From: Dicyema japonicum
Taxonomy: Eukaryota; Animalia; Dicyemida
Length of the DNA: 64,000 nucleotides
Assembly (NCBI GenBank): GCA_011109175.1
Contig: RDEW01000005.1
Coordinates: 1,174,657-1,238,656 of the forward strand
Direction of reading: 5' to 3'
Shown here: positions 28,990 through 41,320 of the stretch, one piece after another
Position numbering within the stretch: the stretch's first letter is position 1
Layout: every line of letters starts with the position of its first letter
Program-made: the position numbers and the translations under genes
The notes under the pieces: model-generated
What the model was told of the DNA's origin: nothing
The model's input: the letters and a program-made list of their open reading frames with translations, nothing else
Database searches by the model: none

Positions 28990-29735
28990 CATGGTACATG
29001 AAACTTTAGAGGAATCAAGCAAGGCGAGAGTGAACACCATCTACGATTGGTTGACTGCTAACAGACAAACTATTTCTGCCGAAAAATCAATATGTACACT
29101 GTCAGTTCAGACCGTCGTTTAAAAGAAGATCAAAGAATTTTCATTGCTCCTGTACTGATACCGGTAACAAGGTCTCCTTCAATTCTTGGATTAATGTTCG
29201 ACAGGCTGTTGAATTTCAACTCACATGCGAAGAAAGTCATCACTAAAGGGCTGCAAAAGTTTAATATTGTACGCGCGCTTGTCCGGAAGACTTCTTTGAA
29301 TTTAGATGCTTCTGTTGAAAAACTCTACCGGCAAACTATCGCCCGGCTGTGGAGTATGCCTCTGTTGCGTGGAGATTCGCGTTATCAAAGACTACACTCC
29401 ATAGACTCAATTCAATCTACCAGAAAACTATATTTATGATGGGCCTCATTCTGGATCAATGGTTAATCCCTTCTCACGGAAGCTGCGATCCATAGTCGCG
29501 GAACCGGATTCCTTCGGATCTGTAAGGAGGACGGAAACCTGCTTAGCCTGTCTTTTTCTAAGGCAAAATAAAGTCGATTGGTTAGGAAGTTCAACTCCCT
29601 AATCGGATTCTCTGCAGGGATGAAAAGAGGCTCTTTCGCACGGTAGTGGAAACAATGGAAGACCACAGACGTTGGATGCAGGGCTTTGGAGTCGGTAAAA
29701 TATAGCACGACTCCTCGACTCCGTTCCGACTTGGG
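28990..29735 (+). mobile_element. APE-type LINE, 3' fragment
   Basis: ILGLMFDRLLNFNSH; colinear with 21500-22010. Confidence 0.75.
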
Positions 29736-29736
29736 T

Positions 29737-30805
29737 TATTATTATTATAAGCACTTATCGCTATGTCATAGGACTTGACAAAGCATGTGCAACACGAGTT
29801 AGCAAAGCACTGGTTAGTTTCATCCACTTCCTCCTATTCGAAACCGCAGTGCGCAACCAGTCAAGATCCTCTCCACTTCCAAGATGCCGTCCCATTTCTT
29901 TGAGGTCCTCGTCGAGAACTACTGCCAGTGTCGTCCTTGGGCGACCACGGAAACGGGTGGCCTCCAACATGAAGTAATCCTCCATGGCTACGTTCGCGGG
30001 GGTATCTAGGTCCAGTCGCAGAATATGGCCGAAAAGCCTCCATCGTGTATCCAGAATCTCATTAGAAATTTCTGAGGTCTTCGTCCTCTTATAAAGAAGA
30101 TTAGATGACATCCTCGTATCACTTCTTTCGAACATCATATGCCTTAGTTGGTCTCTATGAATTAAGCCTCTTCAGTTCATTTCTTGAGCAGGCCCAGGTA
30201 CCAGCGTTATACAGTAGTATGGGTTTCACTAGTTGTATAATCGAGTTTTTGTTATAATCTCAAGGCCCTTTTTGTGGAGCCAGGTGTTCTTTAATCTAGA
30301 AAGGGCAGTTTGTGCTAGGGTTTTCCTTCTCGTAATTTCTTCATGGTCTCCTAGGAGGAGGCCAAGCTTTTTGCACTTGCACCAGTACTCCTCCGTCCTT
30401 GTTTCTTCCCTCTTGAGTTCAGTTACCTCAGTCTTGTCCGGATTTATGTTAGGAACCATGCACTTCTTCCATCAAGCGGGTGAGCGGTATTTTGTCGTTT
30501 GAAATAAAGTCTACGTCGTCAGCATACGCAATAATGTTTGTCTTTTCACCCATTATCGGTTTTGACTCCCGTAAAGCAGCTTCAAGGTATATGACAAAAG
30601 TATAGGTGATAATGGGTCTCCCTGTGGAGTGCCAAAAGTCGTCTCAAATCGGCGAGACAAGGCTCCCCCGACTCTTACAGTAAGCCAAGTATCAGCTAGG
30701 AAGGTGGTGGCCATTCTGACAGTGGAAGCGTCTAGGAACCAAAACCAGTATTAGTCTCCGTCTGTCGACAGAGTCGAAGGCCCTCGAAATGTCGATTCCG
30801 TGTTT
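29737..30805 (-). mobile_element. RTE LINE, 3' half with (TAA)n tail
   Basis: GIDISRAFD, GTPQGD, AYADDVDF, RWRLFGHILR; ttattattatta tail near 29737-29748. Confidence 0.85.
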
Positions 30806-30807
30806 TC

Positions 30808-32300
30808 CAGACATTGAGTTCAAGAGCCACGTCACCAGCTCAACCAAAAAAAGCAGGCGTCACTAGCCCAACTCACTTCGGTTATTATATAAAAATTCAG
30901 ACGTTGTAAGATAACAGAAAAAAAATTTAGAAAAGAAAATTTAACTATTATTTTTTAGAAATAATATAGCTTCGACCAGGTCTTCCTTCATAGAAGCTCG
31001 AAGGTCTGATTTGGCCAAAAAACAGCCTTTCTACGCTGAATGTGTAGGAGGTAGAGCAAGAGATATCATAGCTGATTTTTTGATAGCTTCAGGGTAATAC
31101 TCAATAAGATCATGAAGTGGTATTTGACAATAACGATAGTCGTGAAGTATTACATCAGTCTCGAATCGAATTCTTGTTTTAAAAGTTGCAATTTTGAATT
31201 CAAAGGTCTTAAGTGGCCGGTTTTAATTCGTTTTGCACTTTCAATTTTGTTTAAATAATTTTCTAAATCGTCATTCGACGATGAGGAACTTGGTTCAATT
31301 TGAATTTCAATATTATATGGATGTGTATCCTTACATTCTTCTATGTTTTGTGATTCCAGTCTTTTGATGTTTAGTTCAAGGTCAAATAATAAAACATATT
31401 CCAATTCTAGTTCTTCCCATTGCTTTTTAGTTAGTGAAATGTTTTGGTTGTTATATCCTCAATAAAAGACTTTAATTCAATTAATCGACGAATAATAAGG
31501 TATGTGCTTCCCCAGCGTGTTGCCTGATCAAGTATATCACCTTTCCCCGCTTTTCGTTGTAGAATATTATCAATCTTGGATGTACGTGCTGATACATATA
31601 TTTGTATATATTGATTATTCCTGTAAGGATCTTTTAAGCCATCTTTTATAGCCAATTGTAGTGTGTGTACTGCACATCGCATGTTCTGGATTTGGCATAA
31701 CATTGTAGCATATTCAGTGATGTTATCTATATATTATCAGAATCATGATTTTCTTCAACAACTCTCTGAGTTGTATTATTTATCTTTGCAAGTAATTTTA
31801 TAATGTTCGCAGTTTTGTAGGTAATTATGCACAAAATCTGTTCCTTCTTAATTTCATAATTTTCAAGAACCTCTTCAACCAATTTTTAGATGATTACTGT
31901 TATGGTGAGTGTTTTTAATGCTAATGTCTTCGTAGCACCTTGGCCATTCGGAGAATAGAATCGTCCATTAATTGCAAAATAATTCACTCGGTGTCGTGTA
32001 GTACAATCCATTTTAATATATAATAAATTTCCAACGAGGAGAGTTTTCAAATAGTTTTTTCTTTTTATGGCTTCGTCGATAACGAAATTTCGTATACATT
32101 GTCTCTCTAGTGAAATGCCTAACTTCTTGGCTATTTCTTCATTAAGTCCAAGAAATCCTAGTTGTGAAAAAAGTGAGAGGTACACAATTCACATAAACAA
32201 GTTCAATGAGATTTTAAATTTTTCAGGATCCATGAATATAGTGATTTTATCAGATTGAAAAAACTTATTTAATACTGGCTGACTTGGAGATGTAGTATTT
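30808..32300 (-). mobile_element. hAT DNA transposon, degenerate
   Basis: YIKMDCTT, RCAVHTLQLAI, ATRWGSTYL, DLRASMKEDLVEAIL; subterminal repeats cgtcac(c/t)agc(t/c)caac near 30829-30873. Confidence 0.8.
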
Positions 32301-32309
32301 TCTAAAAGA

Positions 32310-33600
32310 CACATCAAAGGAAAACGAGGGAGTCACTTTTCTAACGTCGGTTTACAACTATTCGATTAACCAGAATGTGATACCATTATTATACAGGCAA
32401 TAATACGGCCAATACTAAAACCAGAAAGACCGACTGATGACCCAGCGTCTTTTAGATCGGTGTCACTAATATGATCCATGTCAAAAATCCTGGAGAGATT
32501 TGTGCTCGGGAGAATAAAAGAATTTTTACCAGAGAGGCTTTTTCAACATGAATTCAAAAATGAGAGATCCACGTCTACGTACTTGCATACATTAACAGAC
32601 TTCATTCAAGTCGGATTCACAACTAAGCCGAGACACTTTAAAACAGTGCTCTGCTCGATTGACATACATAAAGCTTTTAACTCAGTCTCGAGGAAAATTA
32701 TATTGAGAAAAATATTTCAATCGGAGATCCCAAAGAAACTAAAGCTTTGAATCACTAACTTCCTAAGTGGACGAAGGGGATGTGTTTGCCTCGGAGGTCT
32801 GAAATCAATCTCACGTTTCTTCCCCAACAGAGTGCCTCAATGACCTCCTTTATCCTTTGCTCTGTTTAACCACTTTCTGGCCGATCTCCCAACTCTTGAA
32901 TATGATAATGATGTTCTACTTTCCTATGCGGATGATATAGTGTTGGCTTCGCAAGATCAGGACATCCAGAAGGCCAGAAAAAGAATACAATTTAACTTGG
33001 ACAGGCTTAATGCCTGGATAGTGGAAAACCGGCTCATGGTGAATGCAGAAGTCGTCTACGTCACTATTTACCTCTGACAAAAGATTGGGAAGGCGGACAG
33101 TCATTTTGAAGTTAAACAAGGTCGGCATCCCTTTCAACAGATGTCAAAGGATCTTGGGTGTGACAATTGATATGCATCTTGTTCAACACCTCACGGAGAA
33201 AACATTCTATTGAAATGCGAGAAGAAACTGAACATATTGAAAAGTTTATCGGGAATATGGAAGAGTGGTACTCATCCAGTCTTGATGAACGTGTACAAGA
33301 AGTACATCGAGCCATGTTTCTCATATGCAAGCCCCTCGTGGAGACAGTCCATATGACTGAACAAATAAGAGGAAAATTGAAGAAATGCAAAAGAGGCTTA
33401 CAAAGTAACGGAGCGTTGGATTTGTGAAGATCACCGAACCTACGCCGCTGGAAGCCCTTATGAGACTAGACTCCAGATCACGGGAAGGTGACCCGGAAAA
33501 TTCAGCAGCCGTCTTGTACGTTCATGCGCGGGCATGAAAGAAGAACACCCGGCAAAGATGAGGTCTCTGTTCGAATGCATCGGGATCGAATTAATTGAAT
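32310..33600 (+). mobile_element. Ingi/Vingi-like LINE, RT to 3' region
   Basis: KTVLCSIDIHKAF, SYADDIV, YKKYIEPCFSY. Confidence 0.8.
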
Positions 33601-33639
33601 GTTTTTTTGACATAATGAATATAAGTAATATGTTATGTT

Positions 33640-34900
33640 ATCCAATTAAGTCGTGTCCGACCCTTGGAGATCTCATGATCCAATTTTCTCACTCTCCTCG
33701 ATCCGTCTCAATTTGGAACAGCCTTGATATAGGCATTCCCGTGACATCTTCTACCGTGGATAGCCACCGAGTCCTCGGTCGACCAGGTCTTCTCTTCCCA
33801 GTAATATTGCTCAGCATAATGGTTCTTTCCAGGGAATCAGAACGGACAACATGCCCAAAGAACGCCAATCTGTGTTTTACGATTCTTTTCTAGCGAAATG
33901 TCCGTCTCCATCCGTTTGAGTACATCGTGTTTGTTATTTTGGAAGTCCAGGGGATTCTTAGTAAGCTCCTCAGCACCAAAGTTCAAAAGCATCAATTTTT
34001 CGTCTATCCGCCTTTTTCAGTATCCATGATTCTGCGCCGTATAGAAAAACCGGGAACACAATTGCATTAACCAGTCTGCATTTAATCCTTAAGCAAATAT
34101 CTTTGCTTTTCCAAATTCTATTCATCCTCTGGAAGGTCTCGTCCCATGGCAAGTCGCCACTTGATTTCTAAACCTCCGTCACCATTCCGATTAATTAGAC
34201 ATTCCAGAAAGACAACATTATCGCAACTCTTTATTTTCTCATTCCCAATTTTTAGATCCATTATTAGCAGTCGTTATAATTTTGGTCTTCTTGATGTTTA
34301 GCAATAAACCAAAGACGGCGCTCTTTTCTCTTAATCTTAGAATCAACTCCCTGAGGCCATCCTCTGTTTCAGTCAGTAAGGTTGCATCGTCAGCACAGCG
34401 CAATTTATTGATGTTTCTGCCTCCAATTTTAATCACGTTATTTGATAAAGTATCCAATATAGACATGATCATTTCGGCATAAATATTGAATAGGATAGAA
34501 GATAATATGCATCCTTGTCTTACTCCTTTACCAATTTTGAACAATCGGTATCTCCATACACTGTTCTAACGATAGCTTCTTGATCTTTATAAAGAGATTT
34601 GATAAGCAATATCAGATGGCCATCGAATCCAAATTCTTTTAAGGCGGACCACAGCTTGTTATGTATAACGGAATCAAAAGCTTTTCCGATAGTCAATGAA
34701 GTACATGTATACACTCTTTGGGATTCATGGGCTTTCTTCATAATCCACCGGACATTTGCTATATAGTCACGTGTGTCTCGTCCCTTCCTGAATCCTGCTT
34801 GGACATCGGGTAGAATCATTTCGGCATTAGACGATGTTGTATTATCTTGAAGTATTTTGCTGACGTGGGGAATTAAGGCTATTGTACGATAGTTTGATTA
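33640..34900 (-). mobile_element. BovB-type RTE LINE, 3' half
   Basis: QAGFRKGRDTRD, GVRQGCILS, VFPVFLYGAESW..KKADRRKIDAFELWC. Confidence 0.85.
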
Positions 34901-34968
34901 TTATAAGTAAAAATAATAATAATTTTTAAATTAAAATAATTAATTTAATTCATAGATTATTTTGGTTG

Positions 34969-35484
34969 ATGCTTACAAACATAATTAGATCATCTATTAG
35001 GTTAAATAGACAGTTAAGTAGTTTATTAGGTATATTTATCATAATCTTGGTTAGCCATTAGAAAGTACAGTCATGGGGTTACAGAGACTGATGAACAATT
35101 TGACAATAGATTTGAAGGGTATTTTAATGACCCAAAGGCAGACTGTTGGGACATTAGAACTAGATTTCAGGAATTATTGGTTATTATTATAATAATATAA
35201 GGGATATGACCTCATTCCAGAACCAAGGATAATCATTGCTTCTCTTAATGCCTGCAGACGGGTGAATGACTATGCTTTGGCTGTGAGAATATTGGAAGCT
35301 GTTTATGTAATATTTTATATTATTTTAGGTTAAAACTGTGCCAAATACTGACAAAATATGGCCATACATTATGCAGGAAATACAACCTACTCTTGATAAA
35401 CTAGGAGTTTCTACTCATATTGAGATGGGATATGACAAACCTGAGTTATTCAGTTATACTATGCTAAAGGATGAGACTTATTAA
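34969..35484 (+). CDS. COX5A: Cytochrome c oxidase subunit 5A; three introns of about 22-25 nt
   Basis: Spliced: MLTNIIRSS...[22 protein letters not shown]...[34 protein letters not shown]...[27 protein letters not shown]; absent from the ORF track. Confidence 0.93.
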
Positions 35485-36194
35485 TTTTACTAATATCTAC
35501 TAATTCATTCATTTGTTATCCTATTCTTACTATTTGTATTATTCAATCATTTAATTAACACATGTTCTCTGTGATTTATGAACTGAACAACGTGCTTGAT
35601 GGAAAGTACAGCCATTGCAATAATTCCGATAAGAATCCAGAAGGCCTTTTTTGTTAAGAGTTCAAAGATGGTTTCTTGTTGCATATAAAAATGTGGAATA
35701 GAGCCAATCGTTGATCTGGTGAAAAAAAGAGTACCTTTCAAGGAGTTACGTAGTGAGATCATATTTAAGTTACATGTCACTAAGAGGGAGTTAAACAAGG
35801 TTGGTCATTCATAAGACGGCGATAACTTTGTTTTGTGTTAACATACTTAAAGCTTGTTCTTTAGAATTCTTGTGTGGAAGGTTGAGGTATGAAAATTAAT
35901 TGAATTGCTTTAAAGTTCGTAATAATCTCCTTAGACTAAAGATTAGTTTGTTTAAATGATTTATTTTATCTTTAAAACCCAAGACCACCAAAAAGAAAGT
36001 ACTAACTCACTAATTAAGTTATCCCAGCTTTGATGGTCGATTATACCTCAAAGACGAAAATTTTGAAAGCACAGATTAGTTTTTTGCATGGATAACGAGT
36101 CTGAAATGCGAACTTTTGCCTAGTCTATCCATAGAAATTCGGGGATTCGTACACTGCAGCAAGAATACTTGCACTCCTATTTTTCAATAAATTA

Positions 36195-38990
36195 AACTAA
36201 ATTCCAAAGACCACTGTTAAACCGAAAAAACTAAACTAAGTGATCCCGACGAATTGGATCAAGGCTCTCATCTTTTCTCGGTATTGATCCCTTGAGCCTA
36301 CACAAGTTCGTTGTGGACGAGCACTTTCTTTTTGGCATTGGTGTTCATTTTTGTTTTTTTCGATTAGTTCTCTATGGGCTTCGGTGATTTAATGTCTTCC
36401 CTGTATACTATCTCTCGGTTAGTTTGAAGGCCCTTTTCTGGGTTGCGGATATTTTCTGGATATTCGTATAAGAGGCCAGTGGTCCCATGAAGTACACGCA
36501 AATGAAATGCATGGTTCGATGTACTGTGAGTAGAGCGTTTTAAGTATATGGTGATGTCCAATTTTCCATAGACCTGTTAGGCATTCCAGAAGGTTGATTT
36601 TCTCACATTTGTTCAGCACGTTAGTGACATGTCTCGAAAAGTTCATGTATCGAAAGTCAGATCCAATATTTTTTGCCATTTGCTGAACGACAATTCTCTT
36701 CCCTCCGCAGTAACTTCTATTGTCCTGTTCGACAATCTTTTGTCCGAGGTATAGAAAATTTTTCGGTATTGATTGACATCCGATTTTCACTTAACCACTC
36801 GAGTAGTCGATCCATGTGGTGTTGTATTCTTTCCGTCGCTGTTTGGGTGTTCTGATTCCGTGAGGCTAAGACGATATCGTCTGCATAAGCCAGAAGTAGG
36901 TCGTCTTCTCCATTCGGCCTCTGAATGTCAGCCGTAAACAGGTTGAATAGTAATGGTGATAGCGGCGAGTCCTGGGTACTCCATTTGGGAATAAACGGGA
37001 GACAGAATGAATGTTTCCAATTCACACTCTACCTCTTCGTCCGCTAAGGAAGTTCATCAGCCAGCGTTTGAGGTTTTCAGGGATATCTGATTAGTAAATT
37101 TTCTATGTTAGGTTCTTCTTCGGCACAGAGTCGAAAACTTTGTAGAACGTCTAGTGAGCATAACACAATTTTCTGGTGTCTTGGCTTGCACAGAAATCCT
37201 GAGCGAATAAAGTTAGTCAGGGATGTGAGAAGGCTCGTTGTGGACCGATCCTTTTTGAAACCATGCTGGAATGGTTTATCGTGAGTCCTTTCAGTGATTT
37301 TTGAGAGGATAAGCTTTTCCAGAATTTTTGACATGGAGCATAAGTGAGAAATAGGCCTGAAGGAAGCTGGGTCTTCTTTCGGTTTTCCTGGCTTCAATAC
37401 TGGGCGAATGTTTGCAAGTTTCCATATCGTTGGGATTGAGTTATAATTAATCGACCAGTTGTAGATTTTGGTCAGGGTACCGATTCCCTCATTGCCTAAG
37501 TTTTTCAGGAGGATTATGGGAATTCCGTCTGGACCATGAGAATGTGTTACTTTTGTTTGGCTTAGGGATGCCATTACCTCCTTTTCCGTGAAATAAGTTA
37601 ATTGATCCCTTTTCGGTTTTCTTAGCGGCGGTTTGGGTTGGTCAGTCCTCATGTGGTTTTTGTGAGAGATTTTCGCGTAGCATTTTATTAGGGCGTTTAG
37701 GTCCTTTTGGCTGAATTCGTCATTTCCGGGTGTCCTCTCATCCACTTTTGAGATATTTCGAATTGTCTTCCAGACTTCGGATGTTGACCGGTTACGATTT
37801 AATGACGTAAGCATTTAGCTCTCTGTATTTTGAATTCATTGGCTTTTATTTCCTCGTTCAGCACTTTTAGACGGATCTTTGCTTTGGAGGAACGGATCCG
37901 TGCTTTTTTGAGACGGTTTCGTTCCTCGACCAGAGTCTTCCTTTCGTACTCTCTCGTGTAAGCGACATATCTTTTAGGGATAGCCATTGTTTTTGCTTCC
38001 AGGATGACTTTGTTGATGTAGGCGACCACTATATCAAGGGAGGTGAAGTTTTCCAGCTGTATGTTATCCAAATATTGGTCCGTAACTATCGAAATAATTG
38101 GCAATTTGCAAGATTGTATATGCAGGTTTATTTTTTCCACTGGTAATTTCGCTTTTGATTTTTAGCAGAATAAGGTCACTTCGGGTGTCGGAGATGACGG
38201 ACCAATTAATCGTTTTTGAAAGCTGTGGTGAACAGAGTGTGATATCTGCGGAGGTTGGATTGTCACAGTTCTTTTGAGGTGTTCTTGTGTTTTTGATGGG
38301 TCATTGATGATTGTCAGATTACCAGACTACGTCAACAGCAGATTTCCTCTTGTATCTGCAGACTGATTTAAGAGCCAGAGAGGGTGTTTAGCATTCAAAT
38401 CGCCGCATATCACGACTTCGTTCCAAATCTCCAGTGCTGATAAGTCCGGCATAGTGTAATGTTTCGGACATGAGCCCGGAGACGGAATATACATGTTTAC
38501 AAAATATAGTCTTCCTTTTGTTGTGCCAACAGATATTCCGATTGTCTCCGTGGTTTCATCACTCCTCAATAGTTTCTTCGCTTCGATTGTATGGTCCTCA
38601 TACTTTATGCCTTTTCTGATTAATGTAAGTAGTCCTCCACGTTTCTTAGTATTATGCTGTATCCGGGAAAGAGGGGCGTAGTATCTTTTGATGATAGCTT
38701 CGATTCTTGGATGAGCACGATGTCAGCTTTAAGTTTAACAATCAGAGTTCTAAGTTCAATAATTTTGCCTTTTATTCCGTTCACATTCAGTTGTATAGCG
38801 GAGATCCGATCCTTTGACTTGTGTAAATTGCGAATCCGAGAAGGTGTAGCCAGATTAATAATCCGTCGACCGGGGACGACATGTACCCCCGGTGGAAGAG
38901 AGCTAATGGCTCTTTTTGGAAATGCTTTAGGAGCATTTTGAGCGCCTCCAGAGTTGTTGCATCCGGTGAGCCACATAACGCCACACTAAA
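36195..38990 (-). mobile_element. Near full-length (~2.8 kb) Ingi/Vingi-like LINE: 5' signature, APE, RT, 3' stem-loop; no ORF1 or RNase H seen
   Basis: IQLNVNG..LIQESKL, ICGDLNAKHP, SFRPISHLC, QHGFKKDRST, LAYADDIVL, YSQYIEPCISF. Confidence 0.85.
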
Positions 38991-39064
38991 TTTTTATAAT
39001 TATACGCTAAATTTTTAACCCTGTATAAGCTGATGACCAATAAAACGGAAAATTATTGAAAGAA

Positions 39065-39387
39065 TTTATTTATTAACCCCGGATACACCGAGAAAGAAGT
39101 TAAAGTAAACAACTAATTAAGTGTATCCATTGTCCACTTCTACAGAAACAGAGTCCATCCGGAATCAGCATAAAAGGTAAGACGTCCATTACATGCAGTT
39201 GTGGAAACCCCTCCACTGGAGTGGGGAAGAGCAAATGATCCTTTTTCGTTCCGGCCTGGCACTGGGCGTCACCTAGACAGGTGGATCACATGACGCCACT
39301 CTATTAGGAAGAGAGAGAAGGAACAAACAAGAAAGCGGAAAACTTCAACCAATTAACCACGCAGCTCTACATGGCGCCACGCGGCTA
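39065..39387 (-). mobile_element. Non-autonomous family A, copy 2
   Basis: Reverse complement aligns with 14474-14795. Confidence 0.85.
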
Positions 39388-39549
39388 ATTTTTCCAAAAA
39401 AAAGAAAAAAGAAAGAATTGTCAAAGAGTGCACAATTTGCATGTTTTATACTCTACTTAAAGTAGAAAATTAATTTATATAATAGATTTTTATATATTTT
39501 TTGCTTATCAATAAATTTTCTTGTTAATAGATTTTCGATTCTAAATAGC

Positions 39550-40207
39550 ATGTTTCCAGTCCGAGATCCCGGGGAAGCTTAAACTTTGGATAACAAATTT
39601 CTTAGGTGGACGAAGGGGACGTGTATGCCTCGGAGGACTGAAATCAGTCTCACGTCTTCTCCCAAACGGTGTCCCCCAAGGACCTCCTTTATTTCCCGCC
39701 TTATTCAATTTATACCTGGCAGACCTCCCGACACCGGAATCCAATAACGATGTTCTACTCACATATGCGGACGACATTGTTTTTTGCCTCGCGTGATCGG
39801 GATATCCAAAATGTTACAAATTAACCTGGACCGACTCAACGCCTGGGTAATGAAGAACCGACTCACGATAAATTCCAGAAAGTCGGTCACGTCTATGTTT
39901 ACTTCGGACAAAAGGTCGTGGGGACCTTCATTATCATGGACGAACACTAAGAAAATCAAGGACGTTCAAAAGAAGGCTTTCAGAATGACGGAGCGGTGGT
40001 CTTGTGGGAGACACAGAATCGGACCGACTAATCTGGACGCCCTCATTAAACAAAACTCCGACATGCGGGAAGGTGGCCCTGCAAATACAGCCAGCCGCCC
40101 TGTACGAGCTTGTGTAGGTACGAGGGAGGAGCACCGGGAAAGAATGAGGATTTTGGCGGAGCGCATCGGGATCACGTGATAGTTAGTTTTGGTTTTACCG
40201 TGGTCTT
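39550..40207 (+). mobile_element. Ingi/Vingi-like LINE, 3' part with an internal deletion near 39915
   Basis: GVPQG, TYADD, then a jump to the SWTNTKKI...REEHR C-terminus; near-identical to 51440-51735. Confidence 0.8.
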
Positions 40208-40545
40208 ATTATTATTATTATAAGCAACTACATAGAATCATATAAACTATAATTCTATTCGTGCCGCGTCTGAACAATCCTCTTAATTAGCCTTTCCCAT
40301 CCCCTCCTGTCCGATGCCAAGTGCTGCAGACTACTAAGGTCTTCACCGTCCTTTAGTAGTCTGGTTACTGATCTCAGGTCACCATTAAGGACTTCCGGAA
40401 GAGTTATTCTTGGACGACCTCTGAACTTCTCCCCTGACGTATCGAAGTATTCTTCCATGACGACGTTTGCTGGCGTGTCTTGTTCTAATCTGAGAATATG
40501 GCCAAACAATCTCCAGCGAGCCTTCATGATCATGGTGCTCAGAGT
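40208..40545 (-). mobile_element. RTE 3' fragment inserted into the Ingi-like 3' tail
   Basis: RWRLFGHILR..FRGRPR; (TTA)n; the host tail resumes, duplicated, at 40543-40601. Confidence 0.8.
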
Positions 40546-40849
40546 CTTGGTGTTAAATAAAAAAAATAAATGGTCTTGGGTGTTAAATAAAAAAAATAAA
40601 TAGCATGTGAATAGACCTAATGAAGGATTTCATGCAGACCCATAAATGTTAATTTAATTATTCAAATGATGACTATAATTGGATTTTTTACATTCATTGA
40701 CGTATAAAGCAAATATGCTATTTGTAAAAGACTTAAAAGTAAATCTGCAATAGGTATATTTTTAATTTATTAGAATTTAGAAATTTGTTTGAAATCGGCT
40801 TTTGTGAGATTCTGCAAACAGATAATGGAACTCCGGTTTCTTTGAATTG

Positions 40850-41320
40850 CCCGGACAAACTTGGAGAGAGAGTAAATCGTAAACTATTTGAAGGCGACGT
40901 CCGAGTTGCGTTGCGCGTCATTGCCAGCGACGATACTGTCATGGCTGCGACGCCTGAGGTGCTTGAACTACTCAGACGAAAACATCCATGTCCTCCACCA
41001 GATTACCGCCCATTCGTGCTTCCGGGAAATTTGTCAAGGACGACCGTCACCGAAGACGAAGTGCGGCGCGGCATTTCGTCGTTTGCGGCGAGTAGCAGTG
41101 GAGGTCTCGATGGCTTGCGGCCAGGTCACATCAAGGATCTTACGGCGGGGGCTACTGCAGAAGCTGGCTGCAACCCTGTCAAATCAATTACAAAACTGGT
41201 TATACGTATTTTAAACGGAGATATTCCTCCTCACGCAAGGGAGCTTCTTTTCAATGCACATATACTGGCCTTCATAAAACCCGAAGGTGGGGAACCCCAT
41301 CGCGGTCGGCAACTATTTCA
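40850..41320 (+). mobile_element. CRE-like element, internal fragment
   Basis: EGDVRVALR..LRRKHP..SSGGLDGLRPGHIKDL..FIKPEGG. Confidence 0.75.

Noticed and set aside
39074-39092. TTAA-CCC piggyBac-like terminus of family A; other TTAACCC sites at 336, 39016 and 50335
   Set aside because: No matching second TIR, and the TAAAT beyond it is shared by all copies, so it is a retroposon tail; isolated TTAACCC sites are not telomeric arrays
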